Source: Bilabrum cf. latius
Taxonomy: Eukaryota
Assembly: GCA_965178125.1 (NCBI GenBank)
Contig: OZ237772.1
Location: 124,001 to 188,000 of the forward strand
Direction of reading: 5' to 3'
Length of the DNA stretch: 64,000 nt
Shown: piece after piece, positions 51,101 through 63,223 of the stretch
Position numbering within the stretch: the first letter of the stretch is position 1
Layout of the letters: each line of letters begins with the position of its first letter
Program-made: the position numbers and the translations under genes
The notes under the pieces: generated by a model
Databases searched by the model: none
What the model was told of the DNA's origin: nothing
Seen by the model: only the letters and a program-made list of their open reading frames with translations

Positions 51101-52447
51101 TCTTTCTCCCGGCTTGCGCTCTCTTTGAGCTTGCGCTGCTCCTCAGCGAGCTTCAGCTACGAGTCTCGCTGCAGGTCCTGCACCTGACGCTGCAGCTGAG
51201 CGGTCTGCTCCTGCAGTGCCTGCTCGGCAGCCCGTCGCTTCACTTCCGCCTCAGCCTCCTTCTCGGATTTCGCCGCCGCCTCCTGCTCGGCCTTGGCTGC
51301 TCGATCCTTCTGCTGCTGCAGGAGGTCCTGCAGCCTGAGTCTTTCCTGCTCCGCCTTTGCCTCAGCCTCCCGGATCCGGGCTTGAAGTTCCTCCTGCTTC
51401 TGCGACTCCTTCAGCACTTTGGCCAGGAGGTCAGCCTCTGCCTTGGCTGCCTCTGCCTTGATGCGGGCCAACTCTGTCGCTGCCCCGCTGTCTCGTAGCT
51501 CGGGTGTGTCAGCGTGAGCGGGTTGGACGGTGTGACTCGCAACTGGTACTGCCTACAGAGGCTGCATATCACCGGTGTCGTCAGCTGGTGCAGTCTCATG
51601 GTCGGGAGGTGTGGACATTCCCGACTCTGGCTAGCTCCTCAAACGACTGGGTGGTGCAATGACCCCTGGCGATTTCTAGGCATCATCGCTAATTCCATCG
51701 GTGTCGCTTGCTGCCTCGTCCGTCCTTGGGAGCGCTTGCTGCAAATCGTTGTCGGAGTTGGCAATACCCTCACTACCCGGATTGCTGGTGCCTGGTGCAG
51801 AGCTTGACACGTTCTTGCCGGCGGATCCCTTGGAGTTGTTTTCATTGATCTGCTGAGCTGCCTCTGCATGCTGGCTCGACGCAGTTGGGGCCTTATCAGC
51901 GGGTGGGGCAATCGTCGAGATGGCCGTAGCAGCGGCAGCTGGCGTCAAATCTTTTCCAAGTGCATCACCATCGCCATGACTTGCATGGGCTGCATCCTCT
52001 ACAGCCTTCTCAGCGGCAAAGTCTGTTTTGCTCTCGTTTGCAGCTCTATCAATGTTTACTGCGCCGGCAGGATCATCGTTGGCACCAGCTTCTTCCGACC
52101 CTCTACCTGGTCTCGGCGTATTGCCCGCAGCCTCTCCACTGCCGGACTGCTTGGGCAAGTCATCTACAACAAGATCAGATGTTGAATCCACGTCCGTGCC
52201 AAGCGAGCGTCCGGCATCGGTTCCGTGCTCCTGCTGCATTACGCTGGTCGATGCCGAGGGATCATCTATTGGTGTTGGAGGTGCTTGCACGGACCGGCTT
52301 CCATCTGCGTCGATCGGCTTGCTGTGAGAATGCCCAGAGGAACTGGCCACTCTTGCCACGAGCGGTGGTCCCTCAGTACCATCTGGTTCAGGATCAAACT
52401 CAGGTGCAGGTGCAGGCGCAGGCGCGGGCGCAGGCGCAGGCGCAGGT

Positions 52448-52481
<34 letters not shown>

Positions 52482-54399
52482 GTGCAGATGTGTCTGTCTG
52501 GTGCACCTCTACCGACTCCTTTCCGATGCTCCGTGTACTGCTGCTAACGCTAGCAGCTGGCGATCGCTTGCTTGATGCAGCCTTGCGGCCAATTTTGCGC
52601 TTCGGAAAGCCAGGTTTTGACGTTGGTGGAGACTGTTTGCCTGCTGTCTTGCCTCTGAACATAGCACCCAGAGCAGCGACACCCTTGCCCTTGGTCTTGC
52701 CTTTAGACTTCGGTTTTCCCTTGACCATTCCCTTGCCTGTTCCCGAGGTCTTGGCCTTAGGTTTGGCTGTTTTTGGCTTTGCGTGGGCCTTTGATCCCGT
52801 AGGAGACCCCTTGGAACCGCTCGCAACAACGCTTGGCGAAGGCAACGACCCCTGCGCACCTGGAGCTGCGTCCACTGTGCTGCTCGTGTCTAGCTCGGGA
52901 GCGGACGCTGCAGAGGCTGCATCCATCCGCTTTGCATTTGGTGCGTTGTCGGCCTGGTTTGCTGGATCTGGAGGACTAACACCTTTGCCGGTTGTCTCTT
53001 GGCCAGGGGGGGCGGCGTTCTCGTTGCCGGGCACATCTCTAGACGGCATGGTCAGTGCCCCTGGCTCGATGGAATCGTCAGGCAGCACTGATTTGGGTTC
53101 TGGATCCGGTACTGGCGCACCACCGTCTGCAGGTTGACTTCCTGGGAGTTGCAGAGACTTGGCTGGAGCCTTACCGGCGGTTTGTGCCCCAGCTGCAGCA
53201 CCCTCTGCCCGTGGCTCAGGCTCATGGCGACCCGTCGCCTGAGGGCCTCTTTCGGTGCGTGGAGCACCTTGCTGTGCCCTGGCATTCTCCAGCGGCTTTG
53301 ATGCATGCACTGGAGCACTCTTAGCTGAGGACACCTTGTCCTGCGCTACGGTGGGTGACTGGCTTGGCACTGGAGGTGCAGGGGGCGGGATTGCCACCCT
53401 GGACCCTGACTGACTCGGCACTGGAGGTGCAGGGGGCGGGATTGCCATCCTAGACCCTCGGGTGGGTGCGGGTGCAGCCGGTGCTTTGGGGCTTGCTGCC
53501 TTTGTAGGTGGTGAAGGTTTTGCTCCTGGTGGTCTAGAAGACGGCGGCTGGGCCTAGGGTGGTGGAGGTCTCGCACCTGGTGGTCTAGACGACGGCGGCT
53601 GGGTCTAAGTCGGCTGGGTCTAAGTCGGGCGCGCAGCTGGCGGCTTCCTTCCCGCTGATTTCTTGGCTGGCGGTCTCTTCTTGGATGGCGGGGCTGCACT
53701 GTTTGTTGCAGCTACTAGAGGCATCTCGGGGGGTACCGGCGGACTTGCTGAAGTGGGGGGCACTGGGCTCTTCGCTGCAGATCCTTTGCTCGTGGTGGGC
53801 GGCTTCCCAGATGGCGGCTTCCCAGATGGCGGCTTCCCAGATGGCGGCTTCCCAGATGGCGGTGGCGTCGGTACGGGTGGTGGGCGAGGACGAGTTGACC
53901 GCGATGATGAAGGCGGGGCCGGGCTAGCTTTGGAGCCTTCCGGCGCTGCGGGTGTTTTCGGTCCTGCTCGGCGTCCTGCATCTCGCGGTGCTGCTGATGG
54001 TGGTCTCGGGCGAGGCGCGCTGGATCCTGGAGGTGGGATTCCAGGCGGTCTTGGCGCACTCTTCCGTGATAGTTTGGACCCGGTTCCCGAAGGGGGCGTT
54101 GGTGGTGGCCTTGCTTTCACCGGGGCAGTTGCTCCCCGCGTCGGGGGCGATGCTCGCTTCTGCGGCGGTGGCGCGCCAGGCGGCTTCGCGCCAGGTTTTT
54201 TGGGCTTAGCGCCACTAGCTCCGGGCGGTCCTGCGGTAAATGGGTGCTATCGTATGGATATCTCTGAAAAGTCGGTTGCTGACTATCTGTAATGGTATGA
54301 ATCAATGCAAAGCTGGTTGATCTTACTCGGAGGTCTCGGCGCCGGGGGTGGCGCTGCGCCAGAACCAGGCGGCGGTGGCGGCGGCGGTGGTCCAGACAT
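42847..54399 (-). CDS. Very large hypothetical protein (~3818 aa): Pro-rich N-terminus, low-complexity region, Ala-rich helical and long coiled-coil segments; exons 54399-54327 and 54230-42847
   Basis: MSGPPPPPPPPPG start; 96-nt GTAAGA...CCGCAG intron; about 14 standard-code ORFs (53620-54120 down to 42847-43230) in the same frame separated by TAG; terminal TGA at 42847. Gaps between ORFs were spot-checked, not exhaustively. Confidence 0.75.
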
Positions 54400-55008
54400 T
54401 AAGATGATACTACCGTTTTGTATGTCTCTCCCGCGTACTTCCTGAAAATGTCAAGGACGACTGCGTAAAATGCAAAGTAGGAGGAGAGAAATCATCGAGT
54501 AGGCCGTCGCAGCGAGAACCGAGGATCATTGGAAAATCTAACTGCCAAAGTCAATGTTATGCATGTAATTGAACATGGGCACGAAATTGCCGTGCGGCAG
54601 TCATGCAAGGGTACCTGATTCGGCGGTGTGAGACTTGGGTGGTGCTTCTGTCGATGCTATCCTTGGTCGACTCACTTAGCTAAAAACACAACTAGTCGCC
54701 AGTGGGTGATTACGGATATATTTCGCAAAAGCAATAACTGTAGTGTGTTTCCCCTTAACAGATTCGTTGGTCGTGCTCGCCTCGTCCGAGTCATCCCAAT
54801 CTGTTTTCGGACATGGACTGTTGGGTGCTGTTTGGTCGTGCACCACCCAGCGGCGCAGCTCAACGGATTACAGCTGGTTCAGAATGGCTCGATAATTAGC
54901 GATACAAGAACACACGAAACATAAAGCGGTACAGTATTGCATTATTTCAGTGCATTCACACGACAGGCCGCAAAATAGACTGGCGGGGCACGCATGCCGC
55001 ACAGCCGC

Positions 55009-57803
55009 TCACCGCTCCCGGGCGGTCATATCCCCATCTTCCTCCCCACCATCCATCATGATCATGCCCGCGCCGGATCCCCCACCTGAGCCAATGCATG
55101 CGCCCGATCCCGTGCTACTACCAATACTATGGCAACTTCCACGCCGAGCCCAAGCCCCCATTGACCCCCATTCGCCCATCGCACCACTGGCACTGGCACC
55201 GGCACCGGCACCGGCACCGGCAGAATGTGCCCCCAGGCGGACCCCCAGCCCCACGCCGCCCATCATCCCATCCCCTGCCTCCATGTCTCCCGTGTCACCC
55301 TCCGGACCCACACTCACGCAGTCCTCCATTCCCCTCTCCTTGGCATCCACGGGCAGCTCATACCGGTCCATGCTGGTGAACTAGTCCATGCGACTGCCGC
55401 CCGCGAGGTGGCTCCAGCTGCCATACCCTTGGCCCCTAGCAGTAGTATGCTGCAGATCACGGTCTCGACCCTGGCTGCGATCTTCCCCGCGATCAGACCC
55501 AGTGTTCCCTCCCATTGTCACGCTGCATGCCGCATCCATCTCGTGCTCCAGCTGCACAGACGCGCCCATGAGGGACCGATGCTCGCACTCGTCACACGCA
55601 GCCACACTCAGCGACGGCACCCGCATCCCACCAGCGGCATCGACGCCATCGCCGTCAGGCCGAAACTCCCCCATCATCTCCCCGTCGTTCCTCCATGCGA
55701 TCGGGATCATCCGACTGCCCCGCCTGCCACCACCAGATGGTACCTGCTGGAGCATACCCCCACTGTGGCTGCGGCTGCCGCCATTGCTACTGCTAGCCCC
55801 CGTCCTGGCTCTCTTGGCTCGAGGTGGCAGGCCGGCGGTGCCAGTGGCAGTGGCAGTGCCCCCTCGGGCTGCTCCACGCACCATGTCCATCGCCTTCTCC
55901 TTCTCCTTCTGCTTCTCGTCGACCTCGACCCCGCGCATGCGACTGGCTCTGCGACTTGTTCCTCGGGATTGTGTTTCCTGAGCCTGGTCCCGGGTCACTC
56001 CAATGCGTTCCTGCTCCTCCTCCTCCTCCTCGTCCTGCTCCTTGTCACCCTAGACCCCCTGCCTCTGCAGCACCAGCGCCTCCTGCATCTCGTGCCTCTG
56101 TCGCTTCCTGGGGCGGATGAATCCGCCAGATGTTGTGGCTCCACTGCTTTCCTGATCCTGACCTGACCCTCTAGCAAATTCCTCCGTCTGCGCAGTACTA
56201 AGTCGAATGAACCTGCGAGGGTCGGACTGTTCCGATTTGCCTGCCGCTTTGTCAGCAGTTCCGCGATGCCGTGCTGGCGTTCCCGTCCGGATGCGGAACC
56301 GCATGAGGGGCGCCGCGCAAGGGCTCTGCCCGTGCTGCGGTGTATCAATCGGGTCGCGGGGCGATTCGTCTTTGCATGCCTCTTGGTGGTTCCGTTGCAT
56401 TGCGCGGCGCCGCGCCCTGCCGGCCAGAGCAGCCGACTACATGCGGGCCCGGGCCGATGAGTCCACGAGCTCGACCGGGTGTGACGAGTGATACCCGACC
56501 CCTTGTCCCACCAGCTGACCGGCCTCGCCCGGCACACCACCATCCTGGTTCTCACCGCCACTGCAGTCGTCGGTGCCCTCGCCCCATGCACCACTGGCAC
56601 CCCCATCCATCAAAGCACCCGCAAAAGAGCCCTGCGACTTTCTGCTGTGACTTGTGCTAAGTCTGGTGACCCTGCCAGTCCCCACCTGCCTTCCGATCGG
56701 AGCAACCGATGGATGCCTCACGATGCCCATCTACGCTCCCTCGGCATCTGTGGGAACAGAGGAGGGCCGTTGGGTGTGACGAGTGCAGTCCGACGGGCCC
56801 CAGCCGAGCAATCGCCAGGCAGACCCACCGAAGCCGCGGTCGTCCCGTCCACCGGTGGATTCACTGCCACCCATGCCCGCGCCCGCACTCGCAATCCGCG
56901 TGCCACACCCGCTGCTGGGGTCAGCGGCTTGGCTACTTCTGCCGCTGCAGAGAACACAGCCGCGCGATGCACCCCCGGTGCCGCCCGGTACCAGTCGGTC
57001 AGGCTCCGAGGCCCTGGATCTCGTCCTCCTCCTTGTTCCCTAAGTAGAGCGGCGGCTGGCCGCAAGCCTGCCCAGGAAGCTGTTGATGGCGGCGTACGTG
57101 TTCCCCGCGGCGGTTGCAACCGACTGGATGAGAGAGGGTGCTTTCTGTGACGATTGAGACTCGTGTGACGAGTGAGAGGCGCAGCCGTCATCCTCATCCC
57201 ACTCGTCACACTCCATGGCAGCCGATGCCGCACCGGTCCTGCGAGGACTGCACTATGCCCCAAGCCCACCCAAAGGTGCGTGTGACGAGTGAATCTGGGG
57301 AACAGCGAGGATACCGTCGTCGCTTGACTCGTCCTCATCCGCTGGACCCGTGGGGGAAGATCGGCTAGACCGCTCGAATCCATGGTCTGGCTGCCCCACC
57401 GTCCTGCCCAGAGCGATTCTGCTGGTGTCAACTGCGCCAGTGGCAGCACCTGCACTTGCACTAGCACTGGCACTGGCACTCCCACTTGTGCCACTGCCAC
57501 TGCCACTGCCACTGCCACTGGAGCTAGAGCTAGACGACATCTCCTTTCGATCCATACGGCTTGTCACGAGTGCTCGGTCCGCTGTGCTCAACAGACCCGG
57601 TGTGCGCCATTGCAAGGCATTAGCGCCATGCCTCGATGCACCCGAGCCAGCAGCCTGTGCCCAATTACCATTACCATTACCATTACTATAACCGCTGATC
57701 TAGCTGCTTGTGCGCCCAGCATTCTCGTGCCATTGCCACGACCCAGCATTGCCATTGGGCCTGTCATGCGGAGCGATCCCAGTTCCATTGCCTCTAGCAA
57801 AAA

Positions 57804-57843
<40 letters not shown>

Positions 57844-58896
57844 GCTGCTGCTGTGACGCCCTACCATGCCGCCGTTCAAATAGGAAGCTCCTGGCGCGAG
57901 CAATTGGGGCACTCGGGGCGCTGCCACGGGGGAGCGCGCAGACTGCGTACTCGCGGCAGACTGACCTAGCCCGGTGTGAAGCGGTTCGTGTTCAGCGGCT
58001 TGTGAAGCGGGCGGCTTGGCTGGCCCGTGGTGAGCCAACTGCCACAGGCCCACCACCCCCTCCGAATCGCTGAACGTGGGCGGCGCGTGCAGGCTACTGG
58101 TTGCGGAACCTGATCCGGATCCTGCGCGGCGCCTACCCCCAACGGAAGCGCTCTCGCGCTCGTCACGCTCAGCCAGATGATGGGCAGGGCTGTCCCTGTC
58201 ATGGCTGGCGATGCTTCCGAGCCTTGGCGATGGCAGCTCGACACCTGGCGACACGGAGGCTGAGGCTGCCCTGCTGTACCCGGAGCAATAGTGGCTCTCC
58301 TGCTTGCCGATAGACGGAACTGTTTCTGGCGCAGCGCTGCCCGAGGAGTCGGCTCTCTGCTTGGAGGAGGCAGAGGCAGTTGCTTCCGTGCTCGGTTCGC
58401 GGCTCGTGCCAGACGATGCATCCCAGGCCAGCGGATCGGCAAGGGGCCCGGGTGCACCAGAAAGGAAGCCCGGTCCTGCCGTTGGTAGCCGTGGAATTTT
58501 AGGCGGTATCACGTTTGCATTACCATTTGGTCGCCATCTGGCCTGATTTCCGGCTTTAAGCAATGCGCTAGAACCCAAATCGAACCGACCTGCAGACCGG
58601 GGTCCCAAAGCAGCCGTTGCTCCAGCGTACGGGCCATTATGTGAAGTAGTATGTAGCTCCTATGATATGCCATTTACAAAGCATGACATTAAGTCATCCG
58701 AGCTTCCCCGCAGGATTGCTACGCGTCGACGCTTGGGCAACCGGAATGGCTACTGGGGATGTGCATTCGCATCGGTATCGCCAACGGCTCCTGCTGGTCC
58801 AGTCGATACCTACGTATGTATTGCCCCAGCCACATCGCCGGCGCTATGCTGGTACACTTCTGATAGGCGCCTCTTTCGCTGCTTAGCTCGCCTCAT
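55009..58896 (-). CDS. Low-complexity, probably disordered Gly/Ser-rich protein with basic NLS-like N-terminus, ~1295 aa
   Basis: Single frame from ATG 58896 (MRRAKQRKRRLS...LPKRRRV) to TGA 55009, interrupted only by TAG; poly-Ser, GS and NG repeats. Confidence 0.65.
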
Positions 58897-59148
58897 GATT
58901 ACAGACAGGCTGCGATTTACGGCAACCACCTTGCTTTCGGCACAATACAACCAAGTATGCGTGTATTGAAGCTAGTATCACAAGCTTTGATATCTGCAAA
59001 ACTTGCTGTGTATGAACACCGCGAATCGAACAATTACGATTCGTTAATTGCGAACGTCGATCAAATCATATCGTTACAGTACGTCTATATCAGATTTATG
59101 AAATTGGACGGCGAGTCAAACCAAGATTAGTTGTGTACTATTGCTAAT

Positions 59149-62100
59149 TCAGCTCAAGTGTATTTGAACCGAGACACCACCGCCTCCTTGTCCAAGTGGG
59201 TTTTGCGTCCCGATGGTCGGCCCAGAGCTTGCTGCAGCACCCTGCATCTGCGCCGCAGCCTGCATTTGCGCAGCAAGCATGCTCTTCTGCAAAAGCCCTG
59301 CAGGTGCTCTCATTGAAGATTTACGCATCGCCCTATGACCACCGAAGATCTGGGAATTTGCCTCGCGCTGTAGCTCCATTCGTGCCTGCTCGACTTCAAG
59401 CAGCCAGCGAGCCTCCTCCTGGCGATCTAGGCGCAGGTTCATCATCGCCCTCTCCGTCATCCGCACGCCCGTCTCCTCCATGATAAGCCGTGCGAGGTAC
59501 GCCTTCTTGGTAGTTCGTGGGGATTTCGCGTGCCGCACGAGGTAGTCCCTGCTGGAGTCCTTCATGCTATCGATCTCGCGGAGCAGCTGCTTGAGCGCCT
59601 GCTCCTCGGAGCGCTCCAGGTCCTCGCGGCGCTCCAGCTCCTCAAGAGCATGTTTGAAGTGCACGAAATGACCGGGGTGCCGCCGCGCATTCCGAGCCAC
59701 GCGATGCAGCGTGTCGAGCGATGGCTGCTGCACGTACTGCTGGTCGAACTTCGAGACCGCCTGCCCTCCGGGGATCCCGCCGGCCATGCGCGAGGTGCCG
59801 AAGCGAGCGGGAGGGTTGGAGGGACTGGAGCCCGGCACCGCCGCTGGAATCGCAGCCCCGGCAGCCCCAGCAGCCCCGGCGGCCCCAGCAGCCCCGGCGG
59901 CCCCAGCAGCCCCGGCGGCTCCAGCACCAGTATCAGCTGCCAACCCGCCAGCGATGGCAGCCCGCTTAGCTCGGGAGCTTGCTTCATCCCCCGAGTCATC
60001 GCTGTCAGAGTCAGCATCCCCGGAGCTCTTCCCGGCCGAGGCAGCTGCCGCCACGGCAGGTGCGACATACGCAGCGGTGCGTGCCTGGAGCAACGGGTCA
60101 GCGTCGTGGCTGCCTTTTTTTGCGGCTCGAACGGGCCCACAGCAGCCTGTACAGCACGCGAAGAGGCCGCAGCAGCAGGAGCTCAGGTCGAAGCAGCACC
60201 ATGAGAAAGGGGGAGAGCGGTAGCAGCAGGATGGGCATCCGCCCCTCATGTCAGGGGAGCGGTAATGCAGCGGGATGCCGTACCGCCCCATCTTGCCCTT
60301 GTTCCTCGGGTACATGAGCGACTCGTCCATGTCCAGCGCAAAGCACACCATCGCAGCGTCGATCGCCACCTCCCACACAGTGAAGAAGGCGCTTGCCACG
60401 CCGTATGCGAACGCCATCGTGACCATGACTGGGACCCAAGTGCCCGTCAGCTCCCGCTTGCCCCCGGGCTGGAACTCCGCCAGGTTGTCAAGGAACAGGT
60501 AGGCAAAGTACCCGCACAGCAATGTCACGCTGACCTTGCCCAGGAACATGATCACGTCGGCCACCGCGTTCACGATGGCCAGGAGGGCAGTGTACCGGAA
60601 CAGGAGGAGGAAGGCGTTGCGGGCCGATCTGCAGTACCCCTGTCCCTTCACTGCCGTGAAGAACATGGCGTTGGTGGACACGAACCGGACCATCTGCTCC
60701 AGCAGCCACAACGCGAAGCCAATGCAGCACCTGATGTAGTGGGCCGCCGCGTTTCTCTGCTCCAGCTGCTCCAGCCTGGTAGACATGTACTGGAAGACGA
60801 ACCGGACCAGCTGCACGAAGGCAATCAGGAAACTGCCGAAGGAGGCTGTGCCCAGATGGTACCGCACCGCCCTCCAGAGGCTCGCCACGATCTCGTAGTT
60901 GCCCCATGGGCCGTGTTTGTGGTACAAGGTGAAGTCCGGTATCTCCTCGGCGTCAGGGTCGTTCGCAGAACCAGCCGTGCCATCCGGTTTGATGTAGTGG
61001 GGCACCTCGCCCAGCGTGCTCTCGTCCTTGAGCGCCTTGGTCGAATCGTGAGCTGCCTTGTCATTGGCGTGCTCGGCATGGTGCATGCCCAGGAAGGCGA
61101 GCATGCCTCCATGGCCTCCCTCAGCGCCGCCGCCCGTCTTGCCCTCCTCGTGCTCGTGCTCCGTGGCGGGATTCGTCTCCAGAGCCGCCCCCGTGGTGCG
61201 CCAGTTCTCCCTGATCTTCCACCGTTTGAGCCTCTCTCCGTACACGGGGGAGGACTCCCTGCCGTCCAAGGAGAAGTAGTACGCGCCCACGGCGCCTCCG
61301 ATGGTCATCACTCCGATGCAAAGGATGAACTGGTTGGTCCACAGCAGGCCAAAGAAGTGGTACAGCAGCAGGTACTTGAGCGTGTCCACAGTCTCATACC
61401 GCGCGATCGTCCCGTTGTTGTTTGACAGGTCGTTGAGGATGGCAGTGGCGTTTGTGCCCGGGAAGTACTTCTGCACGTAGCTTCTGTCAACCGCCCCTGC
61501 CACGTCCTCGAGGGTCACTGACCCGGCGCTGGCCAGGGCAGCCGCGGCGTAGGCCCACCAGGCCAAAAAGGCGAGCATGAGAGCGGCACCGGCGAATGGC
61601 ATGAAGATGAGGAGCGGCATCTGGAACATGGACATCGCCGCGAGCTTGATGATCGCGATGGCGTTCTTGATCTGCTGCCGCACGGCGATGATGATCCCGA
61701 TGAGCAGGATGGTCACAGCGGTCATCGTGTACGCAGCCACCTTGTATGCAGTCCGGTAGCGAGTCGGGTCGTCAAGGCTCTGAGACACTCCGTCGTACTG
61801 CGAAAAGTCAGTGTCCAGCAGGTCCTCCGCCCGCGACTGCACTGCTTGAGCGTTCAGAATGCCCGCGCGGGCGTAGCAGAATATGGCGAAGAAGACGCTG
61901 ACCACAACGGTCAGCACCACGATGGTCCACACCACGATCCCGACAAACATCTGGGTGAGCTTGACGAAGGCGAACCCGAACAGGCACCCGAACACAACCG
62001 CGCACAGAAATATCACCCATGCGGACCGCTGCAAGTCACCAAAGTACCGAGACCACGTGGACTTTGCGCTCTGGAGCTGGTCCAGAACCAGCGAGGGCTG

Positions 62101-63223
62101 CGGCGGCTTGAACACGTCGGCGGCAATCACGTCTTGCATGAGCACGCACCTCGGGTCCTTGTGGTCGGTGATGCCGGGCGGAAGGACGCAGGCCTGCCTC
62201 CCGTTGTCTGTGACGTTGAAATCGGGGACGCACCGGTTCAGCACCGGCACGGAGTTGGTCGGTTGCAACCAGCAGTTCCTGCTCGCCCGCTGGCAGATGC
62301 TCTCCTGCTCGGCTTGCAGGCCGCGGGCCTCCAAGTCCGACCGGTGCTCGCGCTCAACCAGCATCCGAGCGTGTGACGAGTGTTCCATGCTGTGCTCTCC
62401 GAAGGGCAGGTCGAATTCATCGAAGATTTCCTCCTCGAACGCCTCCACTTGGTCCTCTCCGGCGCCCAGGGCAATCAGCCTCCTGGCCTGCTCGCTTGAC
62501 GACACGATCGCGCTTCGAACGCAGGCGTCTGCGAACGGCTTCTCCTCGGCTGAAATTTCATAGTTGCATATGACATCCAGAGCGCTGGGGCACTTTGCCT
62601 GACACACGCCGTAGAACCTCATCTGGTCGAAATCGCCCTGCAGCGCCAGCCTCACGTTGTAGACGTAGTCCTCGTTCATGCGCGGGTACGTGATCACTTG
62701 CTCGTCTTTGAAACCGTCCGTAACGCCGCACGTGTTGCCTTCATAGTCGGTGCCGTAAAACAGCCTCCTTGGGTTGCCAAGGGCAAACCCAGTGGACGCC
62801 ACGCCCACCATTCCGACCCAGAAGATTATGAACGCAATGCAGCAGCACATGTCTGTCATCTTTCGCTTTTCGGAAGGGATAAATCCAAGGGGCTGCGATA
62901 TCCGTGGGGGCAATGCCAGAGGCGTATGAGTCGGTCTCGTTTGCGGGGTGCGCGGGGTAGACGGGCCCATACATGCTGTGGCTGTATGCTAAATGCAGCA
63001 GATTGAACGCATGAGAAAGCTACCAATAGAAACAATGTGTACATCTTACCTCGTCGCCTTCATCACTACAAGTGCTGCATAGCTTTGCACAGCAACCGCA
63101 CTGCGCTGGCACGTCACGATCAACGTACTGTGGTCTCCCATCGGAAGCTCCTTTCTGCTTCGAAAGCTCGCTCTTTGGAGCTTCGGAAGGATTGGGTGCG
63201 TTTGTTGCGTCTTTGTCTGCCAT
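59149..63223 (-). CDS. SLC44A: Choline transporter-like (CTL/SLC44) membrane protein, ~1305 aa; exons 63223-63050 and 62892-59149
   Basis: RKMTDMCCCIAF, GNPRRLFYGTDYEGNTCG, GVCQAKCP, FGLLWTNQF, RYHLGTASFGSFLIAFVQLVR, VRFVSTNA, AVKGQGYCRSARNAF, FLGKVSV, IDAAMVCFALD. First exon spliced via GTAAGA...ATCGCAG (62893-63049). Confidence 0.93.

Noticed and set aside
577-58896. Pseudogene explanation for the many in-frame stops
   Set aside because: Interruptions are exclusively TAG, catalytic motifs are intact, and in-frame TAA/TGA fall only in predicted introns; random decay would give all three stops plus frameshifts.
43166-62573. Numerous long + strand ORFs opposite the large minus-strand genes
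   Set aside because: GC-rich antisense shadows of the real coding frames.
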